Shown here one piece after another: positions 21,718-35,100 of a stretch of 39,667 nt of DNA. Under the pieces are notes generated by a model. The model was not told the DNA's origin. It did not search any database and saw only the letters and a list, made by a program, of their open reading frames with translations. Source of the DNA: Neovahlkampfia damariscottae (lineage: Eukaryota). Each line of letters starts with the position of its first letter. Positions within the stretch are counted from its first letter, which is position 1. The stretch is from NCBI GenBank assembly GCA_016618085.1, contig JABLTG010000172.1:1-39667 (forward strand). The letters run 5' to 3'. Both the position numbers and the translations under genes were made by a program.

Positions 21718-22722
21718 TTATTCTTCTTCTTCACTTTCATCAACTTCTTGCAATGCTTCGATTGCCGCTTTGGGATCAAATTTTTTTGAAGATTTTGAAA
21801 AATTGTTGAAAGTCGTTTTGCCAAATTTTTCTGCTTTTGAATGCAAAGAACGTATTTCATTTGTAAAAACAGCTATTGAATCAATTTTCATTGGAATTTG
21901 ATCCAATGCGTCTTGTACTTTGTCTTGTAATGAAAAATCATGTTCTATATTATCAAGTTCAAACTTTTCAATCAAGTCATTCTCTACCAGTTTACTTGTT
22001 TTCACTCCTTTTTCAACTTTCTCCCAATGTTCTTCTTCTGCTTTTAATTTTTTCAACATTTTTTCTTGAGTTATTTGTTTCACTTTTAAGTATTGATTTA
22101 TTTCATTTGGAAGTATTTTTTGTTTATCTTCTTCTTTTAAAAAATCTTTAACATCTTTCATAAATTTGTTCAAAATTTTTTTTGAAGCTGTTTGAAACAA
22201 TTCGTCTGAATTTTTTGAAGTGTATTTATCAATTTCAAAATTAGAAACCTTTTCAACTAGTTCTATTAAACGTTCTGTTTCTGTTTTTTGAAGTGAAATA
22301 TTTGAACAAAAATCAGGTCTCTTTTTTTTTTTCTTTTTATCTTTTTTTACAATTTCTTCTTTTTGATTATCTTCCACTAAATCTTTTGAAAGGAATTCAT
22401 CAACTGGTATATTTTCAATATCTTCTTCAATTTGAGGTATTTCAACACTTTTTTTTAATTTTTCTTCCTCTTTTTTTTTTCTCATCTGTAATACTTTTTC
22501 CTGATTTTCTTTTTGTATTTTTTTATGTCTATCCAAACTTTTATCTAAATCTGAAATAAATTCAAATTGAAATCCTCTATTTGGAGTAGTTTCAAATTTT
22601 CTTGTTTTTGGTTCCTAAATATTATTTTTAGCATTATATTAAATATCTTATACTTTTTCTGGTGTTGTATCAATTGATTCTACCTCAGGTTTCTTTCGTT
22701 TCTTGTTAAAATGTGTATGCAT
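21718..22722 (-). CDS. Putative kinetochore Mis12-complex subunit Dsn1/Mis13-like (39-nt intron 22615-22653)
   Basis: Basic N-terminus, GFQF motif, ISLQKTETERLIEL and LPNEIN...LKAEEEHW resemble Dsn1 conserved blocks as I recall them. Confidence 0.55.
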
Positions 22723-22756
22723 TTCACTTCAACCGTTAACTCCGCGCCTTTACCTT

Positions 22757-22779
22757 ATTGGTTGAAAATATCAACCAAT
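22757..22779. promoter_or_regulatory. Inverted pair of CCAAT boxes upstream of the Dsn1-like gene
   Basis: ATTGGTTGA-aaata-TCAACCAAT, a perfect 9-bp inverted repeat. Confidence 0.55.
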
Positions 22780-22847
22780 CGGAATTTTTTCAAAACAAAA
22801 ATCGATCAATTGAGAAAAAATTAATCAAAAAAGATTTATTTTCCTAT

Positions 22848-25800
22848 TTAAAAAATGGTGTCTGATTTCTCTTCAACATCATTGCAACTCAAATTAAACC
22901 ATTGATTCTTATTTTTCTCTTCTGCATCTTCAATTCTTAATTTTGTTGCTGCGTCTGGGAAAAATCTTTTTCTTAAAAATTTATAACAAAAATCAGGTAA
23001 AATTGAGACAGCAATACAAGCAAAAATAATCAACCAACATTTCAAACTTTTTAAAATAACAAATGTTTCATAAAAGAAAAATCCATTCTCAGATCCAGGA
23101 ATGACAATTAAAACAAAACATGAATAAAAATAATGAAATACAAAATAAACCATTAAACTTGTAAAATGTAATGAGTAATGAATAAAAGAAATTGATCTTG
23201 TTTCCAGTAATACTCTTACAATAATAACAAAGAAGGTAGCTGTCATATTAACAGCTCCTGTTGTCCAAATTCCATCATTATAAGGTGATTCTAACATTCC
23301 ACCACTTGTATAATCAATTCCCCAAATAACAAAAAAAATAGCAATTGAATGATATAATGAAGTTAAAATTGTTAAAACCACAGTGAATAAATTGAATAAT
23401 CTCTCTTTACCAACCGATTTATAAATAGCTGGATTATTAAATATTACTTCTTCTTTTAAATCTTTTTCAAAAATAGCTGGTATAAAAGGAAAGAATGTTG
23501 TAAAAAAAGTATTGTAAAATGTGATTGTCCATGAATCATAAAATGTTTGTCCTGTAAATGCACAAAAGCAAGAAAAGAAAAATTGACCAAAAACAACTAA
23601 CAAATTCTTATAAAATGAAATATGAAGATAATCACTATTTCTGACATAGGAATATCTTCCGTGAATCGCAACTAAACGAATAAGATGTCTAAATTTTGGT
23701 ATTGCATAATCAGCTGCTCTTGCTGCTTGAGAACCTTCTCTTCCTAAAACACCAACACCTACAGATGCACTTTGAATCATTGAAACATCTACAAAAAATT
23801 AATAAAAAGAAAAGTGTTACCATTTGCACCATCTCCAATAGATAATCCTTTTTTTTTGTTGTATTTTAAAATTAATTTAACAAGTAATGCTTTTTGTATT
23901 GGTAATAAACGAGAACAAACAGCACTATAACAATAAGAAGAAATTTCTGTGAAAAGTGATTGTAATTTTGTTCTATTGAGATTTACAATGGATAGCATTT
24001 GATTTTTAAAACTATTGGTATTTCCAGCTAAAATGTATTCAAGTGATTTTCCAGATACAACAATTGCATATTTTCTTTCTTTTTTTTCAACTATTTTTTT
24101 TTCATTTTTTAGAAATTGTAAAATGGATTCTAATTCATGCTCCACTTTTTGTGGTGTATCTCCAGATATGATTAATTTCAATGTTGTTTCTCTATCAATT
24201 ACATTTGCACATTGACTAATATTGATCGCAGTTTCTGTTTTATCACCTGTTAAAACCCATACTTGAAGTTTCATTTTAATAAGATAATCAATTGCCTCTG
24301 GAACACCATTTTGTAATTTATCTTCAATTGCAGTACATCCTAAAAGTTTATAACCAACTTCTAATTCTTCTTCTAAAATTGACATTTCTTTGTGTCTATT
24401 TTTTAAAGAACTAGAAGCTGTTTGATATCTTGCTCTCCAATCTTCAAAATATTCTTCAGTTAATTCCTTATAACAAATGACAAGTGTACGTAATCCTTCA
24501 ACTGAATACTCATGTAATTTTTCTTGACATTGATCTAATTGATTTGATTCTTTTGAATTTTCAATAGAAAGTCTTTCAATCATTACATTATCTGCACCTT
24601 TTGAAAATAACAAAATTTTGTTTTGAGAAGTTCTGACAACTACTGTCATCATTTTTCTTGATGAAGTGAAATCAATAACCGCTAATATTTCAAAAAACAT
24701 CTTTAATCCAAGAATAGAAACTTCAACACCTGTATTTGTTTTTTGTGTTAAAACATATCCATTCAATTGTGCACAATCTAATAATGCAATTTCATCTGGA
24801 CTTGGACCATCATAAGAAATTGAATCATCAACAAATTCAGGAATTACGGCATGATTTGTTGCTAAATTCAATAAAAACAAATGAACTGATTCAACATCTT
24901 CTTTTTTTGTTGATTTAGTTACAATGTCTTCCAAAAAATTTGATTGTTTACTTTTGTCATATTCAATACCATGAACAAATGCTTTTTGAAATTCCATCAC
25001 ATTTTCTGTTAATGTACCAGTTTTATCTGAAAATATAAAATCTAATTGTGATAATTCTTCATTTAAATTTGATGTTTTTGCTTTCATTCCAATACCATCT
25101 TCCATCATTTTTGGATCAAACTCCATTACTTTTGCTTGAAATGATTTAACAAATTCTAGACCAACAAATAAAGACATGGGAATAACAAGATTATATAAAA
25201 CAAAATAAGTCAACCAATCACTTGCAACATATTCATAATCAACTGGATCTGGATTATATCTTGAAACATAAAAAGATGATAAAGTAACATTATTTTGAAA
25301 ATAAGCAGAAAATATAACTGATAAAATACAACCTAATTGTTGAGCAACTAATAAATACAATAAAACCATGTTCAATTTTTTATCAAGAGCTGAAAATTTA
25401 GATCTTGGTTTTTTTAAATTTTTGAACATTTTTGTATTTCTACCAACATAAGTTGCAACACCATATGCTATTTTTGTATTTCTAAGAACACATCCTCTTA
25501 ATAATAAATTATCACTATTTAGTGGAATAATATTGTTTGAATCTTCTGAAACGATATATTGACCTTGAAAATTATTCAAATATTCATTTGGTGGTTCAAC
25601 TGTAATAATACTTTTTAATTTTTCAAAATCTTCTGGTTCTTTATATTCACTTGATTTTAATAAACATTTTCTTGGTTTTAAATTTGTTTCACCATCTAAA
25701 TTAGCTGTTTCAACAAAAGAAATACCCTCTTCATTTGAACATGAAATTAATAATAAATCAGCTGGTATTTCATTATTCCTTTTTACTGCAACAAAATCAC

Positions 25801-26757
25801 CTAATTCTATTTTCTTTGAAGGTATTTGTATCATTTTTCCATTTCTAATAACATGATATTTAACATTATTTATTTTATAATCATCAAAATAACGAACTAA
25901 ATCTTCAAGTCCATCTTTAATCATAGTTAATGATAAAATAAAAATGACAGGTAAAATTGATGTAACTGGAAAAACAGGTGAAACACCAGGTATCAAAGTA
26001 ATAATCATTGTTATTATAAAATAAAGATTGGAAACTCTTCTTAATTGTTCAAATAAATTTTTTGGTATAAAAGTTAATAAAGTGTAACGTGTAGTTCTTG
26101 AAAAATTGTAAAAAAAAAATATTTTGTAAAATAATACCTGATGTAATTTGAAGGCCAAAACCACCATTGTTTTTTTGTTCTTTGTCTATCATTGACGAAT
26201 ATAATTTGATCTTTTGTTCTTTCTTTACTTTTTATAAGGTCTTCTGGTGATATTTTAATTTCTTCTGTTTTTTCATTTTTATAATTATCAACAGGTTGTT
26301 TTTGTTTTTCTGAATCATCTTGTTTGTTTTCATTTTCTTCTATTTTTTCTTCTTCTTTTGTGTCTTGTAATTCGACTTCTGTTTCTTGTATGTTTATTTT
26401 TGGTTTTTCTAAAATTTTCAGGGCAGATAAATCTGTTTCTATTCTACTGTTTGATCTTTTAAGTCTTCCTTTAAATCCGTTTTCTAATTCTACAGTGACA
26501 ATTTTTGGTTTTGAAGTTTTCTCCAGTATTTCTTTTGATTTTACTAATGTGAGTGTTTCTTGTTCTAATATTGCACTACTATTAGGAGAGTTGAAAGTTA
26601 TGTTGTCAATTGAAGCCTCAGGTTCATCAATTACAGCACTTCTTCGATCTTCTGAATTTGTTTCATAACTACCATCTTGAACACCAAGCAGATTTTGTTC
26701 TGTTTTGGTGCTCAATGTGTCCTCTATTTCACCAACTCCGAGGTGCTCTTCACTCAT
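22848..26757 (-). CDS. P4-type ATPase phospholipid flippase (introns 26097-26137 and 23789-23820)
   Basis: LDGETNLK, IPMSL, SDKTGTLT, LTGDK, IGDGANDVSMIQ and GREGSQAARAADY. Confidence 0.96.
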
Positions 26758-26915
26758 CAAACAACTTCAGTTCAACAACCAATCAGATGAAAAAAACAGG
26801 GAAAATCTCCGGTTTGAAGTACTTCCAACGGAAAAACCTTTTTCTCCATTTTTTCGGATTCCATCCTTTTAGGAGTTATAAACAGATCAACGTTCAATTC
26901 ACTCAACCAATCAAA

Positions 26916-27207
26916 ATGGACTCGGAGTTGAAAAACACTGTGAAGCTGAATCCAAGCAGAATTGCCTTGGAAAAAGGAAAGACTTATAAATTTTGTGCTT
27001 GTGAATATGGAAAAGTATTATAAAAAAAAACTAATTTTAAAAAAGAGCAGACCGTTTTGTGATGAAACTTGTGTAAAAAATAATCTTGGAGACAAATCAA
27101 TAGAGTACACTATGACAAAAGATCAAAAATACATGTACGTATGCAATTGTTTAAAATCCAAATCTTTACCTGTTTGTGATGGAACACATGCTGTGTACAA
27201 ATGGTAA
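26916..27207 (+). CDS. CISD3: Two-domain CDGSH iron-sulfur (NEET, CISD3-like) protein (31-nt intron 27015-27045)
   Basis: CACEYGKSRPFCDETC and CNCLKSKSLPVCDGTH. Confidence 0.88.
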
Positions 27208-27269
27208 AATGAATAAACATTTTGGATTCGTTTAACAAAACATGTATTGAAAGAAACTATCAATTTTTA

Positions 27270-28997
27270 TTAAAATGGTAATGGATTGATCCAAATTCCA
27301 ACAATACCAGTGAGAACATCCCACAAGATAGCAATGGTAAAATAGACCATACAAAGACAAGCCATTAATTCACCAGAAATCCAATGCATTGAAAGTGGAA
27401 TTGGAACATCAAATTTTTTTTTTCTTGCAATGAAAAATAAACAACAAATAAAAAGTCCACTAATCACATTTAAAGTGAATGAACTAACTCTTTCTAAGAC
27501 AACAAATAATCCCTATTGAAAATTGAATTAGGAAAATAATTGAATTACAGATGTATTTGTGATTGAAATTAGTGTTATTGAAAGAAATATAAAAACATAA
27601 ATACAAAATTCTAGAATGTCAGCTGCTCTTGAATATTGTCCAAACCAATGATTGATTGTACTTCCTGGTATCTTCCAATAATGAACAAATGCTTTGATAT
27701 ATCCATCAATTTGTTGTTTTAAAGAAGCAGTAACTATAATATATGATATAGTCAATGAAAAAGCAATAAATAAAGTTATAAAAATAGCTACCCATTGAAA
27801 TTGTGGAAATCTTGTATGTATAATTTTAACCAAAGGAATTGTACAAATATCACCTTGTTGTTCAGCTCTAAAGATATTTAAATCATATTTTTGAAAGTTA
27901 CTGTCTCAATGAAGGATAATTATTATCAACATGATCTTGTGGAACTGATTTTAAAACAAAATATGTCCATAAAACACATAAAATGGAACATACAGCAATT
28001 CCTGTCATAGCTCCTCCTCTTAATGCTCTCACATTTGATTTAGTTGGCTTAAATTTTCCATAAATAATTGTTAAAGCTGAAACTGAGTTTCCTAAAGCGA
28101 TTGTTGAAATTAAAAACGGTCTTCCAACGTACTGCCATTGTTCTTTGAAAACAAAATCAATTTGTGACGCGACAGCACCAACACCAAATATAACAACCAT
28201 TAAAAATCCAACTTTGATTCCTGTCAACACAGATATAATTGATCTCAAGAAATCAAATGTATAAATAACCAAAAGTGTAAATATAACTACAAAAAATGGA
28301 ATGATTGCTGTTTTAAATTTTTGTTAGTTGTTTTTGTTTTACCTTGAACAGGAATAGTGATTTGTTGACCTGGTGATACAATGTTTGCAAGTTGAGCGAT
28401 AGCTGAACCACTTGATAAAACATAAGCAATTAAAAGTGAGCAACTGGAGAAAAAAAAAGTTAAAAAAAAAAAATTCAAACTAAAAAATGACAATCAGAAA
28501 TTCAAATAGAACTCTAAAAGGTGTCCATAAAAAGTATCTTCCCATATCAAAAAATGAAGGTGAAACAGAAATTCTTTTAAAATAATTTCCCAAGTTGTTA
28601 TACTCTCTTTTCATTAATGCATCAGTTCTTAATAACAATTCAATCATATAATTGATTAAAAATAATTGAAATCCACCACATACAATGATGTTGAAAATAA
28701 CAGGAGAAATACCTGATTCACCTGATTTTACAGGTAAAGCTAAAATGGAAATTCCAAGCACAGCTGCGATAATAATAAACATTCTGAGGAAGAGAGTTTA
28801 GAACTTTAAAAAATCCAACGTTGAAATAAAAATCCATAACCAATTGAAAAATAAAAAGCATTTGTCTTTGGAGGTTTCAATAAAATCAGGATGAAGTTTA
28901 GCTGCGCTATAACGCTTATAATCAGTGTCTGATTGTTTAAAACCCTATCAAAATTAATAAGATATATTTTTACTAATAGTTTTTGAATTGCGTCCAT
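27270..28997 (-). CDS. Amino-acid permease (AAAP / aromatic amino-acid permease-like), multi-intron
   Basis: Reconstructed N-terminus MDAIQKLLGF...IAAVLGISILALPVK; many TM segments; short GT-AG introns, not all of which I verified. Confidence 0.8.
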
Positions 28998-29167
28998 TAA
29001 TCTTTAATTCTCACAAAAAAAGTTTTTCCTGTTCACGAATTATCTGATTGGATGAATTATAATTTTCATTAAATATTTGAAATTTAAATGAAACATGAGA
29101 AAAAATACATGAGAAATCATTTTGATAATTGAACGTTCCAAATTATTTTGACCAATCGAATTTTGGA

Positions 29168-32100
29168 ATGGTGTTTGAAAAAATTGTTGCCACTTTGCTG
29201 GACCGATTTCTTGGCAAATACGTCACAAACTTCGACGCTAAAAATTTAAAGATAGGTCTGGTTAGTGGAGAGGTTATACTGACCAACTTGGAAGTCATTG
29301 ATTCTGCTTTTGACCAGTTTAATCTCCCACTTTCAGTTTTACGAGGTTCATTTTCATAATTTTTTATTTATTTCATAGGAACTATCGGTTTATTCAAATT
29401 AAAAATACCAGTTACTTCTTTACAAAAAAATCCAGTGATTGTTGAAATTTCCGATATTTTTATTGTTTTGCGACCAAAGAAATTTGTTGAAGTAATTTTT
29501 TTTAATTTTTTATTCAATTCATTTAGTGGGACATGTCAAAAGAAAATGAAAAAACACAAACATCTAAACAACAAAAACTTGAAATGCATGATTTACTTCA
29601 GAAAGAAAAAAATGAAAATAAAAAACAAAACATAAATAATGAAGGATTAATAAAAAAATTAACAAACACAATTATTAATAATGTTCAAGTTACAATTAAA
29701 AATGTACATATACGTTATGAAGATGTCTCAATTCCATCAGTAAAATAAAAAATAGAAAAAAATTAAATCATTGTAATAGAATCCAGTTGCTTTTGGTTTT
29801 ACAATGAAACAATTGATCGTTGGATCTTGTAATAAGGATTTTGAAAAAACATTCATTGTTGGTGATGATAATGGAATTGTCTATAAAATAGTGGAATTAG
29901 AAAAAGCAGCTGCTTATATCAATAGTCATGAAATGTATCTTTTTACAAAAGAAAAACTTTCACAAATACAATTCATTCGAGAAATGAAAAAAAAGATGCA
30001 CAGTGATAAACTGAATTATTTGATTCAACCAATCAAAGCAACATTGAAATTAACACTTCAACAAGGAAAATTAAATTTTGACATGCCACAAGCATTTATT
30101 GATGTTCAAATTAAAAATTTTGATGTTCATTTAGATGATCAACAATATAGAAATATCATGCATACATTTGAAGATTTAGTAAATTTTCAAAAAGTTGAAG
30201 AAGTAATTTCGAATTTCTTTTAATTGACTTTTTAAAGTATCGTTATTTAAAACCAAAACAAAAGATATCAAAAGAGAATGTTCAAGAACATCTTGATTAT
30301 ATTATCAACGTTGCTAGAAAAAATGTAAAGAAAAAATATTTCAGTTGGAATGACATTATTCAACGAAAAAATCAAAGAAAAGAATATATACAGCTATATA
30401 AAATGTATAAAGATTTAGATTGGTTACCAAAGTTAGAGAATCAAAATTTAGAGAATTTTCAGAAACTAGAGGAAGAATTATCATCTGAGGATATCATTTT
30501 GTAAGAAAAAACAAAATATTCTTATTTTCATTTTACAGATTGAGGGAATTGGCACTTTCAGAAATTGATAAAGAAATTGAAAAAAATCCGGAATATGTTG
30601 CTTATAAAGAGAAAATGAGAAAGAAAAAGAAATCAATTTTCAATTGGCCAAAAAAAAACAATCAACAAGATGGAGAACCTCAATTTTTACCAATTTCAAA
30701 ATCTGACACTTTTGAATCTCACAAAGATGTGATAACAAAAAAATCTGAAGAAATTATTTCATCACAAAAGGTTCCAGAAGATGTAAGAAGAATAGTTTCA
30801 GTTCTAATTTCAAACAGTATACCAGGTTCAAGTTTTGTGCAACTTTGTTAAGAGGTTGTGTAATGTTGGAAGACAATCAAACTAAAATGAATATTTTAGT
30901 TGCAAATATCACAAATTTGGATGCAAATGTCGATATCAGAGGTCAAGGTGCGAAATTTACTGGAAATCTTCAAGATTTTGATGTTGTTGATCTTTACAAT
31001 CACAAATCATTTTTTAACAATATTGCATCAGTGCCAAAGGAAATTAAGAAACATTCAACTTTAGGAACAATTGTTATTGACTACAAACCAATTTCAAAAA
31101 AATCAGATTTGTATTTAGGAGTGAAAATCAATAGAACTGATTTAGTGTTGAATTTCCACTTTGTCAGAAGATTAGGTAATTTTTATTTCTGATTTAAATT
31201 TCAAGTTTCATTCTTTGTTGTTCCAACCAATATTGATTTACAAGAAATCAAACAAATTTCATATTTAGGACAAGAAGCAAATACTAGATTGAAAACTGCA
31301 TTAAAAGAAAAAATGATAATCGATTTAGATTTTTCAATATTAGCACCAAGAGTATTAGTTCCATTTAATTGTGATTATGAAGAAACAGAAATTTTAATTT
31401 TTGATCTTGGTAATTTCAGTCTAAAAAGTGATGTGGATGCAGAAGAAAGAGCAAAAAGAATTGAAAAAAAAGAACTCACTGAAAAAGATTTTTTTGACAA
31501 CTATCAGATATCTCTCAAAAATGTTCATGTTTTGAGACATAATTTGTCAACTTGGACAAAAAGTTCAGGGTTTTTGAATATGGAAAATTTACTTGTGAAT
31601 GATGTATCTTTTCAATTGGATTTTGGAAGTTGTATCACTCCTGAAAATATTGCTTTGCCACAATACAAATTGAATGCTCTTGTATCACCAATTGAATTGT
31701 ATCTTTCACAAAACAAAATTGATTTAATGGTAAAGACATTTGGAAATGGTTTGAAATTCCTTGAAAATCCAAGAGTCGATGAAACAGCTACCGTTCTTTA
31801 TAAATCATTTTTAACAATATACACACCAAAAGATAAAGTCACAGCAGAGTACTGGGTTGAATTAAGGGAAAATATTGGATTGTTACTTTATCATAACCCT
31901 GATGAAATTCATCCTATAAAAAAAATTAAGTTTATTAATGAACAAACAACTTTAATTTCTGATTTAGAAGAAGAAAAGAGTTTTAAAATTATTCTTCCAC
32001 AAGCAGATGCAACAATGGTTGAAATAATATGTTATGCAGAAGCATTAGAGACAAAGCAAACTTGGGTTGAAATTATTTCATCAACAGTCGACAGATATTC

Positions 32101-35100
32101 AAATTCATTATTGATAACAGGAAAATTAGGAGTTAATGAATTCTTGAAAAATATGAATTCAGAAGAAAAAGAAGAAACAAATTCAAATAATATCATTTTC
32201 AAGTTAAACTTTTGGATGGAAGATTTTTCAGTTTTTGCTATCCCAAATGATCAGAAAGATTTATCTAATATCATATTCAAAGCATCTTTATCAAATTTCA
32301 AAGCAGAATTTCTTCTCAGGAAATATGATTTGTCTTTTGATTCTCACTTGAATTCATTTAGTCTAATGAATCACAAAGAAAAACAAATTGTTTCTTCAAA
32401 AATGTCAAAAGAAAAAGATTCACTTGTAAATTTCTCATTTATTTTTGCACATTCATCAAAATCAGATAAATATGATCCTGAAAATGCTATCAAAATTTTA
32501 TTTGAATTAAATGATGTAAATTTAAAATTTGATCAAGAAAGTCTTTCAAATATGTTTTTATTTGCTTTCAATGTGTTGAATAGTTTAAAGACACTCAGAA
32601 ATGAAAAGAAAAATGTTTATGCTGTCACATTAAAATCAAAAAGAACACCGACAAATAAATTCAAATTCTCAGCAAAGATGGATACATTGACAGTCAATTT
32701 TGAAAAGAATGAAAAATCTATTGGAATTGCAATGTTGAAATATGGATCTTTCAATTTTCTTTATAAATTTAATTATGTAGAATTGAATGGAAAACTTGGA
32801 GATTTAGTTTTAGAGGATTGTGATGAAGAAACAACTTATCCAGAAATCATTGGATTAAGAGACAAATCCGCGTCATTAATTGAATTCAAATATGACAGAA
32901 ATTTGTCTTCAATTTTTGTTTCTAAATTAGAAGAACCAACGTACATTCAAAATTTAACTTTAAGAATGAGTTGTTTGAAGGTAGTATTTGTTCAAAAGTT
33001 TATCACTCGTTGCGTAAATTATTTTGCAACTGGAAAACTCTTTGAAGCAATCAAAAATATTATTGAATCTGCAATGGCAAAACCCAAAGGAGATAACACA
33101 AATGTTCTTTCAGCTCCAAAGAAAAAATTTTCTCTTCCACATTTTGATATTCAAATTGAAAATCCAATTATTATTTTACCTGTTGACACGATTTCAAATG
33201 ATAAGATGATTGGAAATTTAGGATCAATTTCAGTTAAAAATTCATTAAAAAAATCAGAAACTGGGGATTCTGTTGACTCAATTGAAATCAAAATGTTAAA
33301 AATGAATATTAAATCAATATTTTCAGACAATGAATTATCTACTGTTAACAACACAGATTTTTCTGTTTTTATTGATAGAATAGTTGAACTTAAAAGTGAT
33401 GTCAAACAAACTTCAATCAAAATTCTACTTCCTATTATCGATGCATCTGTTTCAAATACAGAATATGATATTGCATTGAGATTTATTGAAGGAAATATTC
33501 TTGCAAATCAGAAAGAAACAAAAAAATTAATCAAAACTCTTGGTTCAGTGATTCCAAAGAAGAAAGTGAACGTTGAAACCAAACAAGAAGATGACAAACC
33601 AAAAATTGCATCTGCTATATCCATTTTATTAAAAATAGATTCAATGAAATTAATTTTATCAAAAAAAAGTTCGACATCTGAAAATGATTTAGCTCAATTA
33701 TTAATTGAAAACATGAATTTAAATTTTGATAGAAAATCAGATTCATCATTCAAAGGAGATTTTACTTTGCACAGAGTAACAATATTTGATCAAAGAAATG
33801 ATACAAAAAATTACTTCAAACAAATTCTTTATCCTTCAAAGATAAAAGATTATAATCTTGCTGTAGTTGAATTTGAAAGATTATCAGATGGATTTTTTGA
33901 AGTAAAATTGAAAACTGGTGGTTTGAAAGGTGTCTTGGTTCCTGATTTTGTTGTAGAAATGAAAGAATTTGCAAGTCCTGAAAGATTAAAAAAAATGGTT
34001 GATGATATCAAAAAGATAAATGATTTAAGAAAGAAAAAACCAACCCTCACTCTCAAACAACCAGAAAAGAAACCATTTAGATTTAAAATTGAAGCAAAAG
34101 TGGAAAATCCTCAAATTGTGTTTCCTGAAAATTGTTTTGATAAAAATTCAAGACTTTTAATCGCAGAGGCAGGAATGGAGTTGTATTACATTCATGGTGA
34201 GAAAGAAATGAAAGGAATGATGGATGTTTCTCAAATTAAAATATATCCTGGACAAATTGAAAAATCAGATCCAAATTCATCAGAACCTTTTGTTTATACA
34301 GAAAATAACACAAATTATGTTCTTTATCCTTTGACATTCACTTTTGATTTGACTGGAAGAAAAAATGTTGGTCATGAATTCAAAATTAAAATCATCACAC
34401 CAGAAGAAATTAAATCAAGAATATCATATCAAGATGTCAAAACAATTGTTCAAATTTTGATGGAATTGAAAAAATTAAAAGATGATCCTTTAGATGATAG
34501 TATCCCAACTACTCCTGAAAACAGATTGTTCAGTTCAAGTTCAAGTGACAGCGTCAGTTCTATGGACAGTATAACTCCTGATACTCCAATAGATACACCA
34601 ATTGGAGGTGAATCACCAATATCATCACCAAGAGGAGCAAATCCAAATTCAAATATATCACAAAGCAAACAAATTTCAATTGTGCTTGATGCTGGATTTG
34701 AATCAAAATCAATTAATTTAACAATTGTCAATGATATCAAAGGAATTGATGAACCTGTGTTCAATTTTTATTTGAATGATGCCAAAGGTCTTCTTCATGT
34801 TACGAAATCATCAATTATTGAAGTTCAAGCTCTTGCGACACTAAATGCGTCTGTCAATTACCATAATCATCAATTGGCTGCTTGGGAACCAATTTTAGAA
34901 CCTTGGGCAATGCAAACAACATTTTCTCAACAAAATATTGGAGGTCCATCAACTTATCATGTGAATGTAGGTGCTCTTGAAACAAAAAAGAAAAATCCAT
35001 TATTGTTTAATGTTACACAATCAATGCTCGAAACCACATTGAAAACTTTAACTAGTTGGAAAGCAGGAATATCAGGGGAAAGAAAAATATCTTCCAAATT

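Noticed and set aside
23960..24012. Possible extra intron in the flippase (gtttta...caatag)
   Set aside because: It is about 40 nt, so removal would shift an otherwise open and conserved frame.
5263..31300. Fragmented host ORFs as pseudogenes or evidence of stop-codon reassignment
   Set aside because: Every break I checked is resolved by a 29-41 nt GT-AG intron that restores conserved motifs. The 7.4-kb VPS13 frame is open under the standard code.
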